From: a virus | Taxonomy: Duplodnaviria; Caudoviricetes | DNA length: 35,188 nucleotides | Strand: one strand, 5' to 3' | IMG/VR virus record: IMGVR_UViG_3300032218_000348 | Location: 1-35,188 of that record | Shown: piece by piece, positions 1 through 8,571 of the stretch | Numbering within the stretch: position 1 is the first letter of the stretch | How the letters are laid out: the number at the start of each line of letters is the position of its first letter | Program-made: the position numbers and the translations under genes | The notes under the pieces: generated by a model | Told to the model about the DNA's origin: nothing | Seen by the model: the letters and a program-made list of their open reading frames with translations, nothing else | The model's database searches: none

Positions 1-252
1 GTGAGCCTGTCCTGATGAGCCATCAATGGCACGGGTAATGGTAAGTGTATTAGTACTTACCGCCGTGACATCTACAATTTCTTCAAGGGCTGTATCTGGG
101 TCAATAACAACCGTAAAGGTTTCACCAGCAGAAACCGTTACACCACCGAGAAGTGCTGTACCTGATACTACAGTGGTTGATGTAGCAGATGAGGTAAGAG
201 CACCTGACAGCGTTGTTTGCTGAGAGCGAGATGAATATTTTCTAGTTGTCAT
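1..252 (-). CDS. Tail fibre/tail protein, N-terminal part (runs off window)
   Basis: Not in ORF track. ATG at 252 with AAGGA RBS; open to base 1: MTTRKYSSRSQQTTLSGALTSSATSTTVVSG...VVIDPDTALEEIVDVTAVSTNTLTITRAIDG. Resembles the EEL.WV...TI.RG segment of the upstream tail protein. Confidence 0.7.
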   Translation of the reverse strand, partial: MTTRKYSSRSQQTTLSGALTSSATSTTVVSGTALLGGVTVSAGETFTVVIDPDTALEEIVDVTAVSTNTLTITRAIDGSSGQAH

Positions 253-261
253 TGCTGGTCC

Positions 262-1218
262 TTATCGGCGGGAGTAGTGAATACGGGGTGGGAAATTGTT
301 TTGTTGTGCATCAATCTCTTCTTTGAGGCGTTGTGTATAGAGTGCATACATTTGTTTTGTTGCAGATTGTGATGCGCCAAATGGGCGCTTGGAATCAGTC
401 TCATCCGCCTGGGGACTGACTTGTGCTGCACGTGCTGGGTCAAGATATGAAAGCAGGCGATATGCTGCACCCAAGATTACGACATCTTTTGTTGATTCAG
501 GAAGTCCAGTTGTTGTTGTATATACTTGATTTCCAGTAAGAGTTATTGTTGATAATTCGCTAAAGGCGCTGGGTGTAGTTGCAAACATAACCTTGACTGT
601 ACGACCAGCAATAGGTGCCTCACCTAAGGTAATAGTCTGAACAGTATCTGTTCCTGTCACATATCCAAATGCTTCTGGGTATGCAGATGCATCAAAGTCA
701 TAACGTCGAATTGGAACCCATTCTTTAGATGGACCAATTGATTGCCAAGCAATACTCAAAATATTTTTAATTGATTTGTTAGCAAGAGGATAAGTTGATA
801 CTGCTGCATTAAATGTAAAGTTGTAGTTCTGCACAGCATAAATGCTGGAACCAATTGAACGAATAGTATCATTGATTGCACGCTTGACTACATACTTTGG
901 AAAAGTTGGTGAGATTGATACTTTTGTTTCGGCAGAGTGGGTGGCTGCCGTTGTCCCAAGATAGCCACGTCCATATGGCGAGATGGTTGCAGTGTTTGCT
1001 ACACGGTCAAAAGAATCTACCCATACAAGTTCTTCGTCAATTTCAAGGATGCCTTTACCTACTGAATCGGTGGAGCCAAGGCTCAAGATAGTAGGTGCTG
1101 CAATGCTTGATGTAGTTGTTGTGACGGCAGTAGTAAGATAAGTGCTACGGTCTTGCTGGAAAGTATACCCTGCAAGATTGATGAGTACCTCATTAGTCAT
1201 ATCTGCAAATGTTGTCAT
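262..1218 (-). CDS. Putative tail adaptor/tubular protein A-like structural protein (318 aa)
   Basis: Long ORF in the late operon between capsid and tail fibre; T/S-rich beta segments with a helical C-terminus; function inferred from position. Confidence 0.55.
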   Translation of the reverse strand: MTTFADMTNEVLINLAGYTFQQDRSTYLTTAVTTTTSSIAAPTILSLGSTDSVGKGILEIDEELVWVDSFDRVANTATISPYGRGYLGTTAATHSAETKVSISPTFPKYVVKRAINDTIRSIGSSIYAVQNYNFTFNAAVSTYPLANKSIKNILSIAWQSIGPSKEWVPIRRYDFDASAYPEAFGYVTGTDTVQTITLGEAPIAGRTVKVMFATTPSAFSELSTITLTGNQVYTTTTGLPESTKDVVILGAAYRLLSYLDPARAAQVSPQADETDSKRPFGASQSATKQMYALYTQRLKEEIDAQQNNFPPRIHYSRR

Positions 1219-1484
1219 TAGTAGTTGATACTCCTTAAAGCTGCAGGGGCTGCAAGCCCAGTTGTACCAGCAAGTTCATTACAAACTCCATCAATATCTT
1301 TAAACTTATCTCTGGTACGTGAAGAAGACACTTTTATATTTAAAGCACCAACAGTTGCAAGCCCAGTGGTGCCAGCCCATTTATTGGCAGCACCCTGTGC
1401 ATCAAGATATTTAGTAATATCAGTAATGCCTGATAGCCTATTAAGTTCTGCAGTAAGACTGCTACCTGCTATGCCTAGTGCCAT
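1218..1484 (-). CDS. Hypothetical virion-associated protein (88 aa)
   Basis: RBS AAGGAAGG; TAATG coupling with the next gene; internal repeat AGTTGLA x2. Confidence 0.6.
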   Translation of the reverse strand: MALGIAGSSLTAELNRLSGITDITKYLDAQGAANKWAGTTGLATVGALNIKVSSSRTRDKFKDIDGVCNELAGTTGLAAPAALRSINY

Positions 1485-1497
1485 TCGTTAACCTTCC

Positions 1498-2226
1498 TTA
1501 GCGTTTTGGTACAATTAAATTTGATTTCTCTTTAGGCTTATTGCCACCAAAGAATGCTTTGTAGTAGTGCTCATCAAATGAGAACCGCTTCATATGTGGA
1601 ACTACTGCTCCTGTATGGCACCAGACTGGAACTTCAGCCTTGCCAACTAAGGCAAAGAAGTAAATGTCTTCGCCCATAAATGTCTTGCCTGTTCCAATGT
1701 CATTGAAGATTGCAACATCAGTTCCTACTGTCTCGATGATTTTGTTAATTACGTTTCTATGCATAAGTACAAATCCCATACCTGCTGCCTCAACCTTAAT
1801 CAGTTGGTTCTCTGGCATTGGGTGAACTCTCTTGATGCCTACCACGCCATCTTCTGCTTCTGCAAAGTTAAAGATAGTTGGCATTGGAATCATTAATGGT
1901 TCTTCTGGTGTGTCTGTTGTGAAGTAAACTCCAGTAAGGATAGGACGCTCGGTTGCATCCTTGTTATCCCAAAGCAACTTGAACTTCTCAGGTGTAATAA
2001 CAACATCTGAATCAACCCATAACAACCAATCAGAAGTTTTATTCTGATACCAATAACGAATAACTTTTTCACGCTGTCTTGCAATCTGATTGCCTTGGCT
2101 ACGTATAGTAGATGTAAATTCAAGTCCAGATTTGAGCATCACATCAGTGACGCCCTGCATAAACTTTCCATCTACCATTCCATTATCGCACCAGGCGATT
2201 GAAACCGTTTCTTGCATTGTCCCCAC
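1498..2226 (-). CDS. GT-A fold (GT2-like) glycosyltransferase
   Basis: WLLWVDSD (DxD) motif, GMGFVLMHR and GEDIYF motifs, C-terminal H; typical of phage GT2-like enzymes. Confidence 0.75.
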   Translation of the reverse strand: MGTMQETVSIAWCDNGMVDGKFMQGVTDVMLKSGLEFTSTIRSQGNQIARQREKVIRYWYQNKTSDWLLWVDSDVVITPEKFKLLWDNKDATERPILTGVYFTTDTPEEPLMIPMPTIFNFAEAEDGVVGIKRVHPMPENQLIKVEAAGMGFVLMHRNVINKIIETVGTDVAIFNDIGTGKTFMGEDIYFFALVGKAEVPVWCHTGAVVPHMKRFSFDEHYYKAFFGGNKPKEKSNLIVPKR

Positions 2227-2231
2227 CTTAA

Positions 2232-2390
2232 TTACATTATCTTTGAATTATATGTTTTGTCTTGCGCTACTGTTGGTGGCTTCATATAAGCCTTTGCTGG
2301 TGCTGGCTTTGACTTGTGAAGTGGTGTTGCAGCCTTCTTGTCTGTTGCCTTTGTGCGTATTTTTAATCCTGTAATTGTTACCTTTGCCAT
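2232..2390 (-). CDS. Small Lys-rich hypothetical protein (52 aa)
   Basis: Not in ORF track. MAKVTITGLKIRTKATDKKAATPLHKSKPAPAKAYMKPPTVAQDKTYNSKIM*; abuts the upstream stop. Confidence 0.65.
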   Translation of the reverse strand: MAKVTITGLKIRTKATDKKAATPLHKSKPAPAKAYMKPPTVAQDKTYNSKIM

Positions 2391-2678
2391 TTATTTTCCC
2401 TTGTTTCTCTTAGATATTGCTGCTGCTTTCTTCTTAGCATCAGCCTTGGAACTTGCACCCCACGCATTAAGCGATAGGAGCAATCTTGTTGGCTCACCGT
2501 TAGGCTTGCGTTCTGGCCCAGGCATACCGCCCATACGTGCCAGGAATGAGGCTCTACGGGGGTTATCACCGCTCTTTACAGGGGCTTTGAGAGTTCCACC
2601 CTTGTACGATGCTCTACCCTTGGCATTGAGGCCCCCAGCAGGATTTTTGCCTTCTTTACGTGTCCATGCTGCAGTCAT
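2391..2678 (-). CDS. Small basic phage protein, DUF6321-like (95 aa)
   Basis: AWTRKEGKNPAGGLNAKGRASY...RRASFLARM...RLLLSLNAW pattern recalled from conserved phage proteins; TAATG coupling. Confidence 0.65.
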   Translation of the reverse strand: MTAAWTRKEGKNPAGGLNAKGRASYKGGTLKAPVKSGDNPRRASFLARMGGMPGPERKPNGEPTRLLLSLNAWGASSKADAKKKAAAISKRNKGK

Positions 2679-2857
2679 TACTTTCCCTTTTTCTTTACTA
2701 CGCCTGAAACTTTCTTCAAACGTGGGTTAGCCTTAATCGCTGCAGGGGATGCTTTCCTCGCACCCGCAGCAAGAATTGCACCCGCACTTGCCATCGAGAC
2801 ACCTTGCTTTGCAGCAATTTTCTTTTGGCTTGTTTTGAATCCTGGGTGCTTTTTCAT
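2678..2857 (-). CDS. Small Lys/Ala-rich hypothetical protein (59 aa)
   Basis: Not in ORF track. MKKHPGFKTSQKKIAAKQGVSMASAGAILAAGARKASPAAIKANPRLKKVSGVVKKKGK*; TAATG overlaps at both ends. Confidence 0.75.
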   Translation of the reverse strand: MKKHPGFKTSQKKIAAKQGVSMASAGAILAAGARKASPAAIKANPRLKKVSGVVKKKGK

Positions 2858-3042
2858 TAGTAGTTGCTTCGTCCTGGGTTAGCAAGATATGCAGCCTTCT
2901 GTGCTGGTGTCATCTTACTTGGGTCATTTCGGTCTTGATAAGCCTTAGCACGTGCTGCTGCCTGTGCATCACGAGCCTGTGTTCCCATAGGTGAAATGCG
3001 AGTTGTGCCAAAGGTTGGCTTAGGTGATGGTTTTGAAGCCAT
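2857..3042 (-). CDS. Small basic hypothetical protein (61 aa)
   Basis: ORF tiles exactly between its neighbours. Confidence 0.65.
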   Translation of the reverse strand: MASKPSPKPTFGTTRISPMGTQARDAQAAARAKAYQDRNDPSKMTPAQKAAYLANPGRSNY

Positions 3043-3189
3043 TTACTTCTTCTTGCCCATCTTCTTCATTGTTGCAGCCTTCTTCATCATCTTCATTCCA
3101 ACCTTAAGTTCAGCCTTCTTGGTCTTTGCTGGCTCTTTCTTCTCTGCCATTGCATAAGCCTTTGCGTTCATACCAGTCATCTTTGCCAT
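3043..3189 (-). CDS. Small Lys/Met-rich hypothetical protein (48 aa)
   Basis: Not in ORF track. MAKMTGMNAKAYAMAEKKEPAKTKKAELKVGMKMMKKAATMKKMGKKK*; TAATG coupling with the upstream gene. Confidence 0.7.
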   Translation of the reverse strand: MAKMTGMNAKAYAMAEKKEPAKTKKAELKVGMKMMKKAATMKKMGKKK

Positions 3190-3614
3190 TATATTTGCCC
3201 AATCTCTTTCATTACTTCAACGGATTTTTTATTTATGTTTGTTGCCTTAGGCATCGTCTCAGCATTGTAAGGTTTGTTAAGAACCTCTGATGCCGTATAC
3301 GCTGCTTCTATATCTTTCATTCTGGTTCCTGCTGGTTTCATACCTTGAGCAGTAGCATCCTTATATGCCTTTAACTCTGATGTCCACTTCTTATCAGGTA
3401 TGTCTCTTGTTGCGTCCCCAGTATTGAGTTGAAGTCCCTTGGCTTTGCAGCCAAAGCAATCTTCATCACATTGTGTATGGTCAATCGAGATATCTTCATA
3501 CAGAAAAGGTAAGTCTGTTTCAATATCACATAATACGCAACCCCAACGGGTTACGATAAAATCGTGTTCTTGGGTAAATCCCCATTCAAGAACCTTGCTA
3601 ATATGGCTGTGCAT
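3189..3614 (-). CDS. Hypothetical Cys/His-containing protein (141 aa)
   Basis: GGGGA RBS; HxH...CVLC and H..C...CFGC putative metal sites. Confidence 0.65.
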   Translation of the reverse strand: MHSHISKVLEWGFTQEHDFIVTRWGCVLCDIETDLPFLYEDISIDHTQCDEDCFGCKAKGLQLNTGDATRDIPDKKWTSELKAYKDATAQGMKPAGTRMKDIEAAYTASEVLNKPYNAETMPKATNINKKSVEVMKEIGQI

Positions 3615-3622
3615 TAAGTCCC

Positions 3623-3892
3623 CTATAGTGCAGTAAAGTTTGCTTCTGTCACTCCAACCCCACCAGCAATAAGTGCTGCCTTAGTTGTATCGTTAACAGT
3701 GCTTTCATATCCACCTCTATAGACTTCATCAAGTCCATTGAAGTAAGAATCCTGTTGGTATCTAACCTGCTTGTATACACCACCATCTTTAACAATAGTA
3801 ATACCCCTATGTAGTTTATAGAAGTAAAACAAACGATGGTTTCCCGCAGGACCTTCATCGACTGTAGGTGTTGTAAATTTATAATTCGCCAT
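3623..3892 (-). CDS. Hypothetical protein downstream of the capsid gene (89 aa)
   Basis: Start revised to ATG 3892 (MANYKFTTP...), preceded by an AAGGAG RBS. Confidence 0.7.
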   Translation of the reverse strand: MANYKFTTPTVDEGPAGNHRLFYFYKLHRGITIVKDGGVYKQVRYQQDSYFNGLDEVYRGGYESTVNDTTKAALIAGGVGVTEANFTAL

Positions 3893-3914
3893 TGTTCTCC
3901 TTAATGAACTTACT

Positions 3915-3946
3915 CTAGTACAGGGATGTTTCCACCCCTGCACCAG
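3915..3946 (-). terminator. Hairpin after the major capsid gene (terminator/attenuator or stability element)
   Basis: Minus strand CUGGUGCAGGGGUG-GAAA-CAUCCCUGUACUAG: 14-bp stem with G.U pairs and a GNRA loop; no strong U-tail. Confidence 0.6.
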
Positions 3947-3956
3947 CGTCAACCAA

Positions 3957-4916
3957 TTAAGATACGTTGATTGATGAACCTGATTCGATTCGGTATAGTG
4001 CTTCTTCACGGTAACGTGCAAAGCCAAGTACGCCGTACCAACCCATTGGGCGGTGACGCATCAACTTGTCAACTACTGGTCCGATGACTACGTGTGGTTC
4101 TTCTGCAACTGCCTGTGCCATTGCTTGCTGTCCTGCAATGATGGTACGGAAGTTACGTGCTGATGAAGCGCCATCAGTTGCGTTGTAGAGACGAGCAGAT
4201 TCTACGAAGTAAGCGCCTTCGTATGTTCCGATTTCTCCTGCCCAGATGCGGTCCTGTGCGGAGCCGTACTGATTTGGAAGAAGCCATCCTGATGAACCTG
4301 TCTCTGCACGAAGGTCGTGTGAAACTTCTGGGTGGATACCACACCAGTAGAGTGAACCCTTACGTGCAATAGACTTGTTAGCACGTAACTTAGCAACAGC
4401 CTTACGGATGTTTGCTGATGAAAGTGTTGCTGCTGCTGTAACAGTTGCTGTAGAAGTTGCTGTTGAACCTGCGTAGATTACGTTTGTACCAGCACGCAAT
4501 GTTTCCATTGCTACCTGGTCGATTGAATCTGCAAGGTTGAATGCAATGATGTTAGCGATTGCTGGGTCAACATCTGCAAGTGAGAACAATTCAAGTGCGC
4601 GTGTTACGAGAACTGAGTTACCGTATTCTGCAAGTGTAATTGTTGTAGTTGTAGGTGTTGATAGCGCTACTGCATCTGGGTCAGTTGATTCTGACAATGC
4701 TGTTGTCGCTGCTGATAGGTCAACGTAGCGCTGTAGCACTACTGTTGAGCCTGGGATTGATTGGTTTGTAGGTGTCTTGTCGGCTACTGAACGAATAAGT
4801 GGTTCTGCACGAAGTGCGAACTCAAGAAGTCGGTCATATGCCTTCTGGACTAAACCTGCAGAACCAACTGTTCCTCCAAGAGAGGAGGAGCCTGTGGTTG
4901 TATATGCATTTGCCAT
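3957..4916 (-). CDS. Major capsid protein (HK97 fold, N4-gp56-like family)
   Basis: 319 aa downstream of the scaffold; motifs ITLAEYGN, GIHPEVSHDLR, GEIGTYEG, MGWYG. Confidence 0.9.
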   Translation of the reverse strand: MANAYTTTGSSSLGGTVGSAGLVQKAYDRLLEFALRAEPLIRSVADKTPTNQSIPGSTVVLQRYVDLSAATTALSESTDPDAVALSTPTTTTITLAEYGNSVLVTRALELFSLADVDPAIANIIAFNLADSIDQVAMETLRAGTNVIYAGSTATSTATVTAAATLSSANIRKAVAKLRANKSIARKGSLYWCGIHPEVSHDLRAETGSSGWLLPNQYGSAQDRIWAGEIGTYEGAYFVESARLYNATDGASSARNFRTIIAGQQAMAQAVAEEPHVVIGPVVDKLMRHRPMGWYGVLGFARYREEALYRIESGSSINVS

Positions 4917-4955
4917 TTAAGGTATTTTCCTTTTGTAGTTAGAAACTATGATTGG

Positions 4956-5441
4956 TTAAATCGGGCGTCCTAATATCTGATAAATCTCTTCCGTGCTTTG
5001 TGCTTGGTCGAGTCTCATACTTATATCTTCTGCCCTATCAGGTGTTATTGCACCCTGAGTTAAAACATCCTGTTGGCGTAGCGCCGCAAGGTCTGCTCCA
5101 TCTACTCGTGGTGCATCCTGCTGTGTAGGCATAATCCCGAACAAATCTCCGTTATCTTCTAGCCAGGTATTAACTGACTCTTCAGACACGTCGTCGATAT
5201 CCTTGAGGATTAGTCGTACTGCTTTAGGATTTACACCCTTTTTTTCTAGGACTTCTTTGACAGTTCGCTCACGCTGCGCCTTGGATAATCCCTCAAGTTG
5301 CTCAGTGAGTTCCTTAATACGCTTCTCGTCACTACGCTTTGCTTTCCGCAACTTCTTTAAGAGGTCGCTTCCATCTCCGCTTGTTGTTTCGATATCTGTA
5401 TCGAGTTCATCGTCTTCTTCATCCCAGTATTGGTTGCTCAT
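4956..5441 (-). CDS. Capsid scaffolding protein
   Basis: Acidic N-terminus and coiled coil; immediately upstream of the MCP; ATG 5441 with GGGAG RBS. Confidence 0.75.
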   Translation of the reverse strand: MSNQYWDEEDDELDTDIETTSGDGSDLLKKLRKAKRSDEKRIKELTEQLEGLSKAQRERTVKEVLEKKGVNPKAVRLILKDIDDVSEESVNTWLEDNGDLFGIMPTQQDAPRVDGADLAALRQQDVLTQGAITPDRAEDISMRLDQAQSTEEIYQILGRPI

Positions 5442-5473
5442 AGCAACTCCCACCCTTCTCTATTAGTTAGTTC

Positions 5474-5555
5474 GCAAGCCACAGGTTCCAATCGGGGAAT
5501 CAGTCTGGCTCTTGCTACCAGTCTTATACGCTGATGGGGCTGGTATATCCATCAG
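5474..5555 (-). ncRNA. Candidate structured cis-regulatory RNA (pseudoknot plus hairpin) in the scaffold/capsid leader
   Basis: CUGAUGG/CCAUCAG stem; loop UACCAG pairs with downstream CUGGUA; then GCAA..GCCA/UGGCUUGC stem with inner UUCC/GGAA. Confidence 0.5.
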
Positions 5556-5567
5556 GAATTTATTTAT

Positions 5568-6695
5568 TTAGTACGCGCCAGATTGTGAAAATGTATGTGG
5601 CGGAGCACCCTTGATTGTGCCAGAAGAAGCATTGAATGTGGCTGCTTCTGCATCAGTAAGTTTTTTACGTGCGCGTTGTGCAGATGCTAGTTGATTGAAT
5701 ACATCTTGCTCTGCAGTTGACTGGTCATACTGACCAACCTGTCCATAAATCTGGCTAAGCTTTTCAGCTGTTGGAAGAATGTCAGCAATTGTAGCGTAAC
5801 CCTTTTGTGCTGTAGCTTGGTCGATGCCTTGAGCTGCAAGCTGTTCAGATACTGCGACGTTAGACTGTAGGCCTTGCTTTGCAGCAGCCACACCAATCTG
5901 AGCTGCAGCGACTTGACGCTGAATCTTTGTAATCTGCTGGTTAGGGTCTAAGATATAGGCAGCAGCATCTGCTGGTCCGATACCATAGTAATCCTTTAGC
6001 TGTGTAAGGATAGCTGGGTCAGCATTCTGAACCTGCTGCACAGCGATAGTGACTCTATCTGAGAGTTCCTTAGCTGATACATCGTTAGCAATAAACTGTT
6101 GTACATATTCATCAGTTGCAAACTGTGTCATGCCGTAGCTACGCAATACCTGACGGTATCCATCTTCTAGGTTAAGGTACTCTGCTGGTTGAAGAACCTG
6201 TAGCCCCGCCTTGAGGCGAGCTTGGTTAGCCTTGAAGCGAGTCTTGTATTCTTCTGTATCTTGAAGGGCAAGAGTAATTGTAGCCTCAGTTGCTCCATCT
6301 ACGGCAAGGTCTCTAATCTTTGTAGCTAATGTACCAAGGCCATACTGATTGAAACGTGCAGTCACAACATCGATAGCACTTTGGCGTGCAATTGTTTTTG
6401 CCTTAGCAGCCTCAGCTGCAGCAGCATTCTGTTGAGCTATAAGTTGCTGTAGCAGTGCATCATTTGTTGATGCTGGTGTTATAGGCTTTGGCTTGTCTGG
6501 TGATTTGTAGTTAGGGTCATCAATGATACCAGTTGAGCCGTCGCTATACTTAATAGTAATTGTTCCATTGCCATTATTGACACGGCCTACTTCAAATATT
6601 GCCGCTGGTTTTGTAAGTTCCGCAACTATGTCAGGGTTAGCTGCATAGTACGGTGCATTTGAAGCTTCTTCAGCTTCTCTAAAACTACGTGCCAT
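5568..6695 (-). CDS. Putative internal virion (ejection) protein (375 aa)
   Basis: Ala/Gln-rich and helical; lies in the block between portal and scaffold. Confidence 0.55.
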   Translation of the reverse strand: MARSFREAEEASNAPYYAANPDIVAELTKPAAIFEVGRVNNGNGTITIKYSDGSTGIIDDPNYKSPDKPKPITPASTNDALLQQLIAQQNAAAAEAAKAKTIARQSAIDVVTARFNQYGLGTLATKIRDLAVDGATEATITLALQDTEEYKTRFKANQARLKAGLQVLQPAEYLNLEDGYRQVLRSYGMTQFATDEYVQQFIANDVSAKELSDRVTIAVQQVQNADPAILTQLKDYYGIGPADAAAYILDPNQQITKIQRQVAAAQIGVAAAKQGLQSNVAVSEQLAAQGIDQATAQKGYATIADILPTAEKLSQIYGQVGQYDQSTAEQDVFNQLASAQRARKKLTDAEAATFNASSGTIKGAPPHTFSQSGAY

Positions 6696-7579
6696 TATGC
6701 CAACCCCATATCACGAAGAACTTTGAGTGACAATGTATCCAACGAGTCACGTGCGTTGTTTGTATATTCCCATTGCTTTGTAGCACGGAGTTCTTTTTCG
6801 AACTGCCAGAGTGGCTTAACAATTGGCTTGCCATCAGGGCCTATAGCTTGCAATGCTTGCTTAAGGTGTGGGTCATCATAGGTAACTGAATCTGGGTCTA
6901 CCTCAAGTATGTTAGCAATAGCTCCCTTGTATGCTGAAGCAATTGCATCAACAGTTACACCGTTACGAATCTGGTCAGCATAGCCAGGGAATGCGCTAGC
7001 AGCCATATTGCGAATATCTGTTTTAATGTCTTCTGATGTAATGTCACCTGAGAATAAACTAGTAGACTTGTTTGCCCAGTAGTCTTTACCAATATAACCA
7101 GATACACCAAATGAGCGAGCATATGACTGAAGGTCAGCGATGTCTCCACCAGTTGTGCCACCGACTGCCCCAAGTTTATTATGCTGGGTAATCCACTGGT
7201 CAACCTGTGTATCAGACATACCAGTATCATAGGCTAGCTGAGCAAGTTCATCAAAGTCAGACCCTGACATGCCACGAACACCCAGTTGAGATAGGCGCTT
7301 CTTGGTCTTAAGTTTATAATCTTCTAGGAGCTTAGCGTATGCACCTGGTTGCTGTGCTTTAGATGCAAGGCGTGATTGAACTGTTCCTATGTTATTCTTG
7401 TAGAAATCTGTTCCATAGAATAACTGTTCGGCCTGAGTATCTTTTCCTTCTGCAAGAAGGTCGAATACTGGCTGCAGTTCTGGGAACATAACAAGCATTG
7501 AACGACTGATGCCAAGTGCTTTGCCTAGTGATTCATCGTATGATGTTCCAGGGGCTTCTGAAGGGTTTGCGAGTTCCAC
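6695..7579 (-). CDS. Putative internal virion protein (~294 aa)
   Basis: Probable GTG start overlapping the upstream TAG (TAGTG); TAATG coupling downstream. Confidence 0.55.
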   Translation of the reverse strand: MELANPSEAPGTSYDESLGKALGISRSMLVMFPELQPVFDLLAEGKDTQAEQLFYGTDFYKNNIGTVQSRLASKAQQPGAYAKLLEDYKLKTKKRLSQLGVRGMSGSDFDELAQLAYDTGMSDTQVDQWITQHNKLGAVGGTTGGDIADLQSYARSFGVSGYIGKDYWANKSTSLFSGDITSEDIKTDIRNMAASAFPGYADQIRNGVTVDAIASAYKGAIANILEVDPDSVTYDDPHLKQALQAIGPDGKPIVKPLWQFEKELRATKQWEYTNNARDSLDTLSLKVLRDMGLA

Positions 7580-8571
7580 TAGATACCACTTCCCATCCAC
7601 TTAGTAAGCAGAGTATTAAAGTTAGATGCCTGCTTAAGTTCGTAATCTGCTGGAGCATTCTGCTTGGCTTGCTTAGTTATAAGAGCTTCTGCACCTGCTT
7701 GAGTAAAACCAGGGGTTGAAGTAGTTACCTTCTTGCCTCCAATGGTTTTAGTTGTCGTTGTGCTTCCCTTGTTAATAATGTTTTGCAGTTCTCCAAGGCG
7801 AGCTTCTTCTTCAGCTGAGTTAGGAAGGCGACCAATTGTGCTCTTGTAGTTGTTGCGAATAATCTCTCGCAGCACATTAGGGTCTTGCAACTGTATGTCA
7901 ACTTTTGGAAGGTTTGCTGCAGCAGATGAACTGACTGTCATGTTCAAGACATCCATAGGTGTGAGCTTTGGCCCACGGCCTCCATCATAGAGTGCTGCTG
8001 CCTTGTCAACTATCGAAGCCCATTGGTCGGATGCTGTGATATCATTCACATTGGATGCACCAGCTGTTGACATAGCAGCCTTTACCCTTGCTTGGATATT
8101 CTTATCTTTCCAGTAAGATTGCTTTACTGTATTGATATACTGTATGTTATCTTGAGCCTCTGTTGTGAGGGCAGAACCAACATAGTTGGTCTTCTTACTA
8201 GTACCAGTATAAACCTGTGATGTACTTCCAACTCCGCCAGACATGAAAGCCTCTTCGGTCATTGGAATGCCTTGTGATTTAAACTCAGCTATAATATCTG
8301 TTGGTAGTTTTTGTAGCGCAGTTGGAACATACTTACCAGACTTGATGTCTGCTGCCTGTTGAGCAACATCTTTATCTTGCTGGTTAGCAGCTTCAATCTT
8401 ATTGAGCTGTCTATTGAGTTCCCCAAGTTGTTCTTGTAGGTTACTTAAAGCATTTTGTGCAGCACGGTCATTCTTCTTTGCAACAGATGCCTGGGTAGCA
8501 ATACCAATCTTAGACTGCAGAAGACTGATTTCATCTTGAAGCTTTGCTTTTTTTTCTGCTCTAGTAGCCAT
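7579..8571 (-). CDS. Putative internal virion protein with N-terminal coiled coil (330 aa)
   Basis: Heptad-like N-terminus; coupled to its neighbours. Confidence 0.55.
   Translation of the reverse strand: MATRAEKKAKLQDEISLLQSKIGIATQASVAKKNDRAAQNALSNLQEQLGELNRQLNKIEAANQQDKDVAQQAADIKSGKYVPTALQKLPTDIIAEFKSQGIPMTEEAFMSGGVGSTSQVYTGTSKKTNYVGSALTTEAQDNIQYINTVKQSYWKDKNIQARVKAAMSTAGASNVNDITASDQWASIVDKAAALYDGGRGPKLTPMDVLNMTVSSSAAANLPKVDIQLQDPNVLREIIRNNYKSTIGRLPNSAEEEARLGELQNIINKGSTTTTKTIGGKKVTTSTPGFTQAGAEALITKQAKQNAPADYELKQASNFNTLLTKWMGSGI

Noticed and set aside
5531-5555. Hammerhead ribozyme (CUGAUG)
   Set aside because: Sequence is CUGAUGG rather than CUGANGA, it is itself base-paired, and no GAAA core is suitably placed
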